The notes under the pieces were generated by a model. The model did no database searches and was not told the origin of the DNA. It worked only from the letters and a program-made list of their open reading frames with translations. A program made the position numbers and the translations under genes. 20,000 nucleotides of DNA, from the IMG/VR virus record IMGVR_UViG_3300042898_002828. One strand, 5' to 3'. This stretch comes from an uncultured virus (IMG/VR IMGVR_UViG_3300042898_002828) (Duplodnaviria > Heunggongvirae > Uroviricota > Caudoviricetes > Crassvirales). Shown here in pieces: positions 8,302-15,823 of this stretch (its first letter is position 1; each line of letters opens with the position of its first letter).

Positions 8302-9015
8302 ATGAAAAATTTAAAACAATTAACGGCAGAACTAAATCTATTCCAGTGTAACGACATACCAGCACCATGGAAACAAAAACAGGTATTAAACGGATCAACG
8401 TTTGACTATTCAGATAAGGTATACAATGAATTTTATTTGCCTTCTGAGCTATTAAAAAAATACGAACATGGTTTGTTCTGGGAATGTAAAAAACAGTATA
8501 AAAATATGGCTCCTGATGAAGTAGAACTTTATTATATTGAGCATTCAAGAATATTATTTTTAAGTCCCAAGGGAAACCTATTAAGACTGACAAAAAACAA
8601 ACAAAATAAATATGATTTCCATCTTGATTGGTCCCACTATAGAGAAGTACAAAATATTTCACACTATAAACGCGAGGCAGCGATTAAAGAAAGTGGAATT
8701 GTGGAACCTAATTATATTGGAGTATTCACGGATAAAAAAATACTTGATTGGTGTAACTATTGTGATGCAATGGCCGAAATAAACAAACAACTTGTTTTGG
8801 ACTCAGCAGACAAAAATACTGAAATAGAAAAAGAGATCCAAAGTTTTATTGACTCGGTAAAGTGCCAAGTTCAAAGATGGGACAACAAAACAGATGTAAC
8901 AACCGATTTTTTTCACGTTCGATTTACACATGACAAAGCAAGCCAATATTTAAGTAAAGCAGTAACCTTCACCGGGACATTAAAAGACATAACAAATTTA
9001 ACCAATAAAAAATAA
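8302..9015 (+). CDS. hypothetical protein, 237 aa
   Basis: Long ORF co-directional with its neighbours; no motif recognised. Confidence 0.8.
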   Translation: MKNLKQLTAELNLFQCNDIPAPWKQKQVLNGSTFDYSDKVYNEFYLPSELLKKYEHGLFWECKKQYKNMAPDEVELYYIEHSRILFLSPKGNLLRLTKNKQNKYDFHLDWSHYREVQNISHYKREAAIKESGIVEPNYIGVFTDKKILDWCNYCDAMAEINKQLVLDSADKNTEIEKEIQSFIDSVKCQVQRWDNKTDVTTDFFHVRFTHDKASQYLSKAVTFTGTLKDITNLTNKK

Positions 9016-9215
9016 TGAAAACAAAAATATCAATTTACGATTTTACCTTCACTCCTTCAGGATACGGACATTATAAAATAGTCTATGAAAGTCCCGCAAC
9101 TGGTAAACAATGGAGCACAACTACAAACGATATGCCGTTAATAGATGCAACAAAAAACAGCGAATCTCCGAAAGTTAAAGACCTTAACACATTAAAAGAA
9201 ATTTGTAAAAAATAA
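9015..9215 (+). CDS. small conserved Bacteroidota phage/mobile-element protein (SGYGHYK...TGKQW...NDMPLIDATKN)
   Basis: Resembles a family recalled from Bacteroides mobile elements; function unknown. Confidence 0.75.
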   Translation: MKTKISIYDFTFTPSGYGHYKIVYESPATGKQWSTTTNDMPLIDATKNSESPKVKDLNTLKEICKK

Positions 9216-9219
9216 AATT

Positions 9220-9423
9220 ATGAAACCAAAATACAAACCAACCAAAAAAAGAATCTACGAGAATAACCACTATGTTATAACTCTAGTAATTAATACCGGA
9301 GCTTATAAAGTGTCTCCCAAAGATAGTTTTAACGATAGTTATTTTAATACTTTAGATGAAGCAGCGAAGTACATCGGGACAACTTCCGACAATATAATGA
9401 ATGCAGATAGTTTTACATCATGA
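9220..9423 (+). CDS. hypothetical protein
   Basis: Tightly packed ORF. Confidence 0.6.
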   Translation: MKPKYKPTKKRIYENNHYVITLVINTGAYKVSPKDSFNDSYFNTLDEAAKYIGTTSDNIMNADSFTS

Positions 9424-9569
9424 TAACAAGAAACGAAATTTTAGATCAGTTTGGGACCTTCTTTAAAGAATCAGACCAAACAACCGAGGATGCAACCATT
9501 AACATGCTAGACCTCGAGAGAATGAACGACAAGCAATTAACCCGTATTTATAACGCCTTTTTTAATTAA
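9420..9569 (+). CDS. hypothetical protein, 49 aa (MITRNEILDQFGTFFKES...)
   Basis: Read manually; ATGA overlap. Confidence 0.55.
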   Translation: MITRNEILDQFGTFFKESDQTTEDATINMLDLERMNDKQLTRIYNAFFN

Positions 9570-9573
9570 AACC

Positions 9574-9897
9574 ATGAAACAAACATATAATATTCAAGAC
9601 AGAGAAGCCGGAAACATAATTGTATCGGGCTTGACCCTTAAAAATGCACAAAACTTTTTAAGAGGTTATGAAGAAACAGACCGAGCAAACCACGAATTTA
9701 CACCGAACTTTTACGAAATCGGGGAAGATGAAGAAATTGAAAAATCATATTTTGCCAAGTCCAAAAAAGAATATTACACTTTTCGAGCAACAGACAACGA
9801 AGATGCAAGGCACTGGATTATTAACCACCTTGACACGTCTCAAGAATGGAATTATGGATTAGTTGTATATCCCTTACAAGAATCTTTTAATGTCTAA
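9574..9897 (+). CDS. hypothetical protein
   Basis: Tightly packed ORF; N-terminal half similar to 10057..10212. Confidence 0.7.
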   Translation: MKQTYNIQDREAGNIIVSGLTLKNAQNFLRGYEETDRANHEFTPNFYEIGEDEEIEKSYFAKSKKEYYTFRATDNEDARHWIINHLDTSQEWNYGLVVYPLQESFNV

Positions 9898-10060
9898 GGC
9901 CATGCTAACAAAGATAGAAATTAAGTTAATAGTTGAATCGTTGGAGATTCACGCGGGAGAATGTTTGGAAGCCTTAAAACACGCCCGAAAATTAAAGATA
10001 AGCGATAAGGCTATAGTATCAAAATACAAAAAGATTTACAAATTAATTGAAAAGCTATGA
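9890..10060 (+). CDS. hypothetical protein (start corrected to MSKAML at 9890)
   Basis: In-frame ATG overlapping the end of the upstream gene. Confidence 0.55.
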   Translation: MSKAMLTKIEIKLIVESLEIHAGECLEALKHARKLKISDKAIVSKYKKIYKLIEKL

Positions 10061-10212
10061 CAACAGAATTATTTAACATAATCAACACAACAACCGGAAT
10101 AATATTGTGCTCAGGACTCACCCAAGACGAAGCAGAAGAAATGAAGCAAGAATATATTAACCTGGACATCTTTAATTCAAACAAAGAAATTTATAAAATT
10201 ATAAAATCATGA
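10057..10212 (+). CDS. hypothetical protein, 51 aa (MTTELFNIINTTTGIILCSGLTQDEA...)
   Basis: Read manually; ATGA overlaps at both ends. Confidence 0.6.
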   Translation: MTTELFNIINTTTGIILCSGLTQDEAEEMKQEYINLDIFNSNKEIYKIIKS

Positions 10213-10391
10213 AAATTAGAAACACGCAAAGCGGGGGAGTAATGCTTCAGAGGAAACGTCAAAGTGAGTCATCATCCTTGTTTAAGGTTATAGATCCAAA
10301 TGGGAACATTAGATATAAGATTGGCGATGAATTTTGGATTAAGCATTCAACAATCGGTCCAGGACTATTAAACGAACCAATTAAAGAATAA
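10209..10391 (+). CDS. hypothetical protein
   Basis: ATGA overlap. Confidence 0.55.
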   Translation: MKIRNTQSGGVMLQRKRQSESSSLFKVIDPNGNIRYKIGDEFWIKHSTIGPGLLNEPIKE

Positions 10392-10395
10392 AACC

Positions 10396-10827
10396 ATGAC
10401 AGACGCAGAACAACTTAAAGAAGATAGGATGATTTTTGAATTAAAATGCCTCCTAGATATTAAAGATTTTAAAATATTTCAAGACGAAGCAGAAAAAATA
10501 TGGATTTTAGATAAGTTGAAAAAACATAATTTTAATGTCACTAAAACTGCTATTGAAATTCGCATCCAGCGGAGCCATCTTTACAATAAAATCATCAAAT
10601 ACAAAATTCCAATAGATAGGAAACTAAAATACAGCTATTCAAATGGTAAATACATGGTAATTTTCAATCCTAATGGGGATAGGTTTAATTTTATTATCAA
10701 AAATGAACCCGAACTAACGGAAACTATAAAAAGTGGCTTACAATTCGTTTATATACGAAAATCAAATTTAGCTTACATGGCCAAAAAAATATTCACCCGG
10801 ATAGAAAATTTAACAAACGTCAATTAA
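10396..10827 (+). CDS. Fis-type (HTH_8) DNA-binding protein resembling the C-terminus of NtrC/NtrX-like sigma54 activators
   Basis: FQDEAEKIWILDKLKKHNFNVTKTAIEIRIQRSHLYNKIIKYKI fits the Fis/NtrC HTH pattern; no AAA+ or receiver domain. Confidence 0.75.
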   Translation: MTDAEQLKEDRMIFELKCLLDIKDFKIFQDEAEKIWILDKLKKHNFNVTKTAIEIRIQRSHLYNKIIKYKIPIDRKLKYSYSNGKYMVIFNPNGDRFNFIIKNEPELTETIKSGLQFVYIRKSNLAYMAKKIFTRIENLTNVN

Positions 10828-10842
10828 TTAATAAATGCATCT

Positions 10843-10903
10843 ATTTAGAATGATTTTAAATAACTAAACCACTTGATTATTAAAATCAGAACAACGTATT
10901 TTG
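10843..10903 (+). promoter_or_regulatory. box C (ATTTAGAA-TGA-TTTTAAAT, 10843-10861) plus -7-like CGTATTTTG ending at 10903
   Basis: Direct reading; 38 nt between the box and the TTTG. Confidence 0.7.
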
Positions 10904-10919
10904 AACCAACAATTAAATT

Positions 10920-11189
10920 ATGAAAAAGACATTAGAACTAACATTATGCGAAAGTGAAGGAGTAAAGATTGAAGTATCTTGCGATGTGCTACGAATTGAA
11001 ACTGACAATCCTGCTACACATCCCGATGACCCGAATCAAGCAACCATTACAGAGTATTGGTGTAAGACCATTAATAAATTAAAGATAAACGGTTTTGAGT
11101 TGGGAATTTACAACCATAAAACCTTAAAAGAAATTGAACGATTAGTGGAGGACCAGTTAGGATCTAACCCTGATTTATTTGAAGGATAG
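10920..11189 (+). CDS. hypothetical protein
   Basis: Follows the box C promoter, with an ACAATTAAATT leader. Confidence 0.75.
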   Translation: MKKTLELTLCESEGVKIEVSCDVLRIETDNPATHPDDPNQATITEYWCKTINKLKINGFELGIYNHKTLKEIERLVEDQLGSNPDLFEG

Positions 11190-11335
11190 TATATAGCGTA
11201 CAATAATATGAGAAGTTGGGGGCTGTCGTGAGCAGTTGACAAAATGAGTCCTACCCCACGGAGAAGATGCCGAAAATGACGGTTAAACATCGATTCCCCA
11301 ATTTCTTATATTTATTGTTATAAAATCGTTTTAAT

Positions 11336-11472
11336 GTTTTATAACGGCTGACGCTATACGAAGGCAGGGGTTAAGATGCACTCCCTTTCAGCCTACCACA
11401 AATGATAAATAGATGCACACCGCTTGTATTAGCAGTAAAGCCCCTGCTTTTGTATAGCGTATGTTATAGGGC
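11336..11472 (+). mobile_element. attC-like integron cassette recombination site
   Basis: ...TATAAC (ending 11345), an 18/20 inverted repeat (11351-11370 / 11441-11460), then GTTATAGGGC (11463-11472). Confidence 0.65.
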
Positions 11473-11489
11473 GTTTTAATTTAATTACA

Positions 11490-11750
11490 ATGGAAAAGAC
11501 TTACAGATTAGAATTTAATGAAAAACAACAAAACTTTCATTTAGACAACTTCACTCACGAAGAAGGAACGCACGGATGGTTTACGATTTTTGAGCATTGC
11601 ACAGATATTGAGTTTAAAGTTTACGAGGCTTTTGTTAATCGTATCCCAAATAAAAAACTTACAAAAGAATACTTGCTAAAATGTGCAGTAGAAGTAAAAT
11701 TATTTACTAATAATTTGTTGGAATACGGATTGGTTGTCGGTCGTTCTTAA
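11490..11750 (+). CDS. hypothetical protein carried as a gene-cassette-like unit
   Basis: Flanked by GTTATAGGGC (11463-11472) and its reverse complement GCCCTATAAC (11753-11762). Confidence 0.75.
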   Translation: MEKTYRLEFNEKQQNFHLDNFTHEEGTHGWFTIFEHCTDIEFKVYEAFVNRIPNKKLTKEYLLKCAVEVKLFTNNLLEYGLVVGRS

Positions 11751-11806
11751 ATGCCCTATAACTAATCGTTCAGTGTTATAAAACTAAATATTAAACTTTT
11801 AAAAAT

Positions 11807-11941
11807 ATGCAAGTTACAATTAATTACAATTTGAAATGGCAGCTAAAAACAGCCCCGAATTATCAGTTTACAGACAATGGAATCTGCATCAATACATTAA
11901 GAGGCAAGATAGTTAAAAAAGTAATATTGCAGCGTTACTAA
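11807..11941 (+). CDS. short or possibly truncated hypothetical protein (MQVTINYNLKWQLKTAPNYQF...)
   Basis: Read manually; 44 aa. Confidence 0.45.
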   Translation: MQVTINYNLKWQLKTAPNYQFTDNGICINTLRGKIVKKVILQRY

Positions 11942-12012
11942 CTTACACACCAATAACACCGATACTTGGGTTAGATGATTACAATAGCACCCAAAAATTA
12001 GTAAATGCACCT

Positions 12013-12073
12013 ATTTAGAACGTTTCTAAATTACTTAAACCAACAAATAATTAAAACAATATCTCTTAATTTG
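12013..12073 (+). promoter_or_regulatory. box D (perfect ATTTAGAA-CGT-TTCTAAAT, 12013-12031) plus -7-like TTAATTTG ending at 12073
   Basis: Direct reading; 38 nt between the box and the TTTG. Confidence 0.7.
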
Positions 12074-12077
12074 AATA

Positions 12078-12224
12078 ATGAAATTTAAAGCACTTAGGAA
12101 GTTCAGTAGGCAAGAGGTTGTGGGATACCTAAGTAAAATTAACAAAGTAAGAATTTATACCATTGATGGGGTTGATTATACAATAACTGAATTTAAAAAA
12201 CATTTTAATAATTTTGAAATATGA
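12078..12224 (+). CDS. hypothetical protein, 48 aa (MKFKALRKFSRQEVVG...)
   Basis: Read manually; near-leaderless start after the box D promoter. Confidence 0.55.
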   Translation: MKFKALRKFSRQEVVGYLSKINKVRIYTIDGVDYTITEFKKHFNNFEI

Positions 12225-12394
12225 CAAAGAAAGGAAAATATTTTTTTAGAGATATATCGCCAGGTACATACAATAAACACGAAGTTATTCCGGCCACTAG
12301 GGTTTGTTTTTGTTGCGGTAAATACGTGGAACCATTCAATATATTTTGTGATCCTTGTTATGCAAAAAATAACCAACGAAGAACTAATAATTAA
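12221..12394 (+). CDS. small Cys-rich (zinc-finger-like) protein, 57 aa (...VCFCCGKYVEPFNIFCDPCY...)
   Basis: Read manually; CxxC...CxxC pattern; ATGA overlap. Confidence 0.55.
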   Translation: MTKKGKYFFRDISPGTYNKHEVIPATRVCFCCGKYVEPFNIFCDPCYAKNNQRRTNN

Positions 12395-12398
12395 ATAA

Positions 12399-12650
12399 AT
12401 GAACATACAAAACATTTTTAAAAGTAAACCAAAATTTGAAACATGTACCTTGGCAATAGCCGACTACTTTAAAAGAAATGGTAGTTTAAGCCAGTTGGAG
12501 TGTTGCCAGTTATTCCTTAATTGGAATCTTCACAAAGTAGTGGACCGTCTAAAAAAACACCACAATATGAATTTTGAGAAAACAAAAAAGCTTGTTAAAA
12601 CCAGATACGGTAAAACAACTGAAATTGTAACCTATCACTTAATAAGATGA
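12399..12650 (+). CDS. winged helix-turn-helix protein (HTH_39-like)
   Basis: GSLSQLEC...L..VVDRLKK...TRYGK...TYHL pattern. Confidence 0.55.
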   Translation: MNIQNIFKSKPKFETCTLAIADYFKRNGSLSQLECCQLFLNWNLHKVVDRLKKHHNMNFEKTKKLVKTRYGKTTEIVTYHLIR

Positions 12651-12838
12651 TTGAAGATTATCCGTTATTTGCTGACTTTTGGAAGCTAACCAATAAAATT
12701 GGGAGAAAAGAGTTGATGGCAAAACGATGGCAGGTATTGCCACAATGGAAGAAGATTGAAGTTTTTAACAAAGCATTAAACGATAAAAATAAAAAGGGAG
12801 CAGAATTTTACCTAAACATAGGAAGATGGAAGAATTAG
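12647..12838 (+). CDS. hypothetical protein resembling a replication-initiator C-terminal fragment (F.DFWK...A..RW..L)
   Basis: ATGA overlap; weak resemblance to the C-terminus of 13149..13748. Confidence 0.55.
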   Translation: MIEDYPLFADFWKLTNKIGRKELMAKRWQVLPQWKKIEVFNKALNDKNKKGAEFYLNIGRWKN

Positions 12839-13005
12839 AAAACATAAAATCAGAAATAGAAAGCATTAAAGATGAAATTGAAAATCTGTCCGACCAAATT
12901 AGAAGAGAACGTGACGGTTCTGTTGATAATCAACGAGATTTAATGAAAAAATCTATGGAGTTAAATTTAGCACGTAGAAAACTTGAATTTAAGCTAATGA
13001 GGTAA
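12826..13005 (+). CDS. coiled-coil hypothetical protein, 59 aa (MEELENIKSEIESIKDEIENLSDQI...)
   Basis: Read manually; heptad pattern. Confidence 0.6.
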   Translation: MEELENIKSEIESIKDEIENLSDQIRRERDGSVDNQRDLMKKSMELNLARRKLEFKLMR

Positions 13006-13028
13006 TTTGTTTTTGTAATAAGTTAAAC

Positions 13029-13036
13029 TATATTTG
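13029..13036 (+). promoter_or_regulatory. Bacteroidota -7 element TATATTTG for the replication operon
   Basis: Canonical TAnnTTTG; no palindromic box upstream. Confidence 0.65.
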
Positions 13037-13050
13037 TACCGCTCATCACG

Positions 13051-13152
13051 ATGAAAATCTTTAAAAATAAATCCCCATTCCTTACATTGCACTTTGCATA
13101 TTCTATGCACGTGATGAGCCTTTGTATTGGATGGGGTTATTTTTATAAATGA
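13051..13152 (+). CDS. putative 33-aa leader peptide (MKIFKNKSPFLTLHFAYSMHVMSLCIGWGYFYK) coupled to the initiator gene
   Basis: Its TGA (13150-13152) overlaps the initiator ATG (13149-13151), and it spans a structured leader. Confidence 0.45.
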   Translation: MKIFKNKSPFLTLHFAYSMHVMSLCIGWGYFYK

Positions 13153-13748
13153 GAGATTCCTGTATTTTTTACCGTAGTTTTTATGAATCAATTAACGAAC
13201 TACCAGACATAAACAAATTAGAAATTTACAACGCTATTTTTAGCTATTCTTTGAACTTTATTGAGCTTGAATTAACAGGTTTAAGTAAATCTATTTTTAC
13301 ATTAATAAAACCACAACTTGATGCTAATATCAAGCGTTTTAATAACGGTAATATACCAAAAGATAAGCAAACAAAAAGCAAAACAGAAGCAAAACAGAAG
13401 CAAAAAGAAAGCAAACGTGAAGCTAATAACAATGTAAATAACAATAACAATGTAAATGATAATAAGAATAAAGAAGAAAAGATAAATTTTGATATTTTTT
13501 ATAATTTATATGATAAAAAAGTAGATGGCAAGGATGCTAAATTAAAATGGGATAGATTAGATTTACAAACTCAACAACTAATATTATCGGTAGTTCCTAA
13601 ATACATAAAATCCACCCCTGATAAGCAATTTAGAAAATCGCCTTTGGTTTACTTAAATAAAAAGGCATGGGAGGATGAAATTATTATAGAAAAAGAGTTT
13701 AACAAACCAGTACAAACATACAAAGAACCAATATCAAAATTATTATGA
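13149..13748 (+). CDS. phage replication initiator (DUF6291-like N-terminus, low-complexity linker, FDIFYNLY...W C-terminal domain)
   Basis: DSCIFYRSFYESI...IKPQLDAN N-terminus, internal iterons, and position upstream of DnaB. Confidence 0.75.
   Translation: MRDSCIFYRSFYESINELPDINKLEIYNAIFSYSLNFIELELTGLSKSIFTLIKPQLDANIKRFNNGNIPKDKQTKSKTEAKQKQKESKREANNNVNNNNNVNDNKNKEEKINFDIFYNLYDKKVDGKDAKLKWDRLDLQTQQLILSVVPKYIKSTPDKQFRKSPLVYLNKKAWEDEIIIEKEFNKPVQTYKEPISKLL
13365..13480 (+). repeat. 11-bp iterons (AAGCAAAnnnn-type, six units, 13365-13430) plus an AT-rich tract: putative origin of replication
   Basis: aagcaaacaaa / aagcaaaacag / aagcaaaacag / aagcaaaaaga / aagcaaacgtg / aagctaataac, followed by AATAACAATGTAAAT repeats. 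Confidence 0.65.
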
Positions 13749-13969
13749 GAAAAATAAGATTAGAATACTCAAGAGAGCAAGGATGTTTTCACTTTGAAAA
13801 TGTTAATAAGGACAATAAAAATACATTTAGTTATTTTACAATTAAAAATGAGGTTGATAGTGATATAGCTTCTGAATTTGTAAAAATGTATGATAGTAAA
13901 TATCCTAAAAGAAATATATCAATCCAGGCAATGAAAGATGAATTTAATAACTTTATCAATGGAAGGTAA
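13745..13969 (+). CDS. hypothetical protein, distant paralog of 11490..11750
   Basis: Shares RLE....Q..FH..N and FTI with 11490..11750. Confidence 0.7.
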   Translation: MRKIRLEYSREQGCFHFENVNKDNKNTFSYFTIKNEVDSDIASEFVKMYDSKYPKRNISIQAMKDEFNNFINGR

Positions 13970-15377
13970 ATTACCACCACAGGCAATAGATTTAGAAGAA
14001 ATAGTAATAGGGGCTGCAATGCTTGAAAAAACGGCATTTGGTAAAGTATCAACTATTTTAGATAAAAAAGATTTTTATAAGGAGCAACATAGTATAGTTT
14101 GGGATATTATGAGTGAACTATATAATGAAAATTTACCAATAGATATTATGTCTGTTATTGAAAAGTTAAGGTCAAAAGGTAAATTAGATTTAATAGGTGG
14201 TGCGCATTTTATAAGCCAACTAACAATAAGGGTTGCTTCTGCTGCAAATATTGAATATCATTCTACAATTATAAAACAGTTATCACTACAAAGAAATATT
14301 ATTGAACTTTCAACGGATTATTTAAATAAAGCATGGGAAAATGGAATAGACCCTTTTGAATTTAGTAAAGAATTTGCATGGAAACTTGAAAATATTACAT
14401 CTTCACTTACTCCCGATATGAGAGATATAGGTAAAGTTGCTAAATTAACTTACAGTATGATGCGTGAAGCAAGTTTAAATGAAAGTGATATAATTGGGTA
14501 TCCAAGTTCAATAAGTGCCTTAAATGATAAATTATTAGGCTATTCTGCACCCGATTTTACAATAGTTGCAGCAGGAACCGGAGAAGGTAAATCTACGTTT
14601 ATGTTAAATGAAGTTAAGGCACTTGCAAAACAAGGCATTCCATGTGCTGTATTTAGTTTAGAAATGAACGATTATCAACTATTATGGAAAATGTTTAGTT
14701 CTGATTTAGATATAGATGTTAAAAGTATAAGAAAGGGTAAAATGGATGAAGGTAGATGGGATAGTTTAAGTGATAATGTTAAAGAATATGCAAAGATGCC
14801 AGTTTACTTTTATGATTCAGGGGGATTAACGATAGAAAAGTTTTGTGGTATTGTTAAAGAAGCTGTAAGGAAAAACGGTGTAAAAATGGTTTTTATAGAT
14901 TATATACAGTTGCTTATGGTTCAAAATGCTAAAGACTTTGGTAATAGAGAGGGTCAGGTTAATTTTATATCTAAAAGGATTAAACGATTAGCAAGGGAAT
15001 TAAGCATACCTATAATGGCTTTAAGTCAATTATCAAGATTAGAAAAAGGAACTAAAAGAAAATATAAACTTTCGGATTTAAGAGAATCTGGAGCATTAGA
15101 ACAAGATTCAGATAACGTAATATTTTTATATAATCCATCTTATCATGGAGTTGAAGAAATGGAATTTTATGATAAAAACGAAAACGGAAATTATGAGAAA
15201 CAAACTATTGCATTTGATCATGAAGATTGTTTAATTTTGATAGAAAAATGCAGATTAGGAGAAACAGGAATAGTAAGATGTAAATTTAAAGGTAAATTTT
15301 CACGACATGAAGATTTACCAAATAGCCAACGAATACAAAAGACAGAAGATTTTAGTTTTAACGATAGACCTTTTTAA
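13959..15377 (+). CDS. dnaB: replicative DNA helicase DnaB
   Basis: LPPQAIDLEE N-terminus, Walker A AGTGEGKST, FSLEM, VFIDYIQL, ALSQLSR and SDLRESGALEQDSD; start set at MEGKLPP (13959). Confidence 0.95.
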   Translation: MEGKLPPQAIDLEEIVIGAAMLEKTAFGKVSTILDKKDFYKEQHSIVWDIMSELYNENLPIDIMSVIEKLRSKGKLDLIGGAHFISQLTIRVASAANIEYHSTIIKQLSLQRNIIELSTDYLNKAWENGIDPFEFSKEFAWKLENITSSLTPDMRDIGKVAKLTYSMMREASLNESDIIGYPSSISALNDKLLGYSAPDFTIVAAGTGEGKSTFMLNEVKALAKQGIPCAVFSLEMNDYQLLWKMFSSDLDIDVKSIRKGKMDEGRWDSLSDNVKEYAKMPVYFYDSGGLTIEKFCGIVKEAVRKNGVKMVFIDYIQLLMVQNAKDFGNREGQVNFISKRIKRLARELSIPIMALSQLSRLEKGTKRKYKLSDLRESGALEQDSDNVIFLYNPSYHGVEEMEFYDKNENGNYEKQTIAFDHEDCLILIEKCRLGETGIVRCKFKGKFSRHEDLPNSQRIQKTEDFSFNDRPF

Positions 15378-15380
15378 AAT

Positions 15381-15653
15381 ATGATAAAGTGGATTAACAA
15401 ACCTTACGGGAATTGTCCCGTACAAGCGGAAGGATATTTTTTGAATCATTATTTCTATTTTCGGGCAAAATGGGAATTTGTTGAGATAGAGTTTTACAAA
15501 ACACAGGAAGACTTCTGGAGCAATGAACCTATAAAAGAATATCTTTTAATGAATACAGAAGAGTACAAAGCAGGATGGTTAAGCCACCGAAAATGTTATT
15601 TTTTGATAGTAAAAGGATTGATTAAATTTTCTTATTATATATTATTCAAATGA
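15381..15653 (+). CDS. hypothetical phage protein (GNCPVQAEG...FYFRA)
   Basis: Tightly packed ORF. Confidence 0.7.
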   Translation: MIKWINKPYGNCPVQAEGYFLNHYFYFRAKWEFVEIEFYKTQEDFWSNEPIKEYLLMNTEEYKAGWLSHRKCYFLIVKGLIKFSYYILFK

Positions 15654-15823
15654 GTTGGAAATCTAAATATGAAGAAATATCAAAAAAGCGAATAGCTGAA
15701 ATTGATAAATTAGAAAAAGAATTAGATGTATTTAATAAAAAGTACAGAGAGCTGGAGAATAAATTAAGACAAGCCCTCGAACTTATCCAAAAATTAGAAC
15801 CTAATGATAAAAATAAATATTAA
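15650..15823 (+). CDS. coiled-coil hypothetical protein, 57 aa (MSWKSKYEEISKKRIAEIDK...)
   Basis: Read manually; ATGA overlap. Confidence 0.55.
   Translation: MSWKSKYEEISKKRIAEIDKLEKELDVFNKKYRELENKLRQALELIQKLEPNDKNKY

Noticed and set aside
11201..11317. tRNA gene
   Set aside because: No T-loop GTTC motif, acceptor stem or cloverleaf spacing.
252..14052. Shadow ORFs 252-434, 848-1060, 8300-8662, 9668-9862, 11108-11290, 12176-12415, 12994-13191, 13244-13450 and 13831-14052
   Set aside because: Antisense or out-of-frame overlaps with better-supported genes or structured elements.
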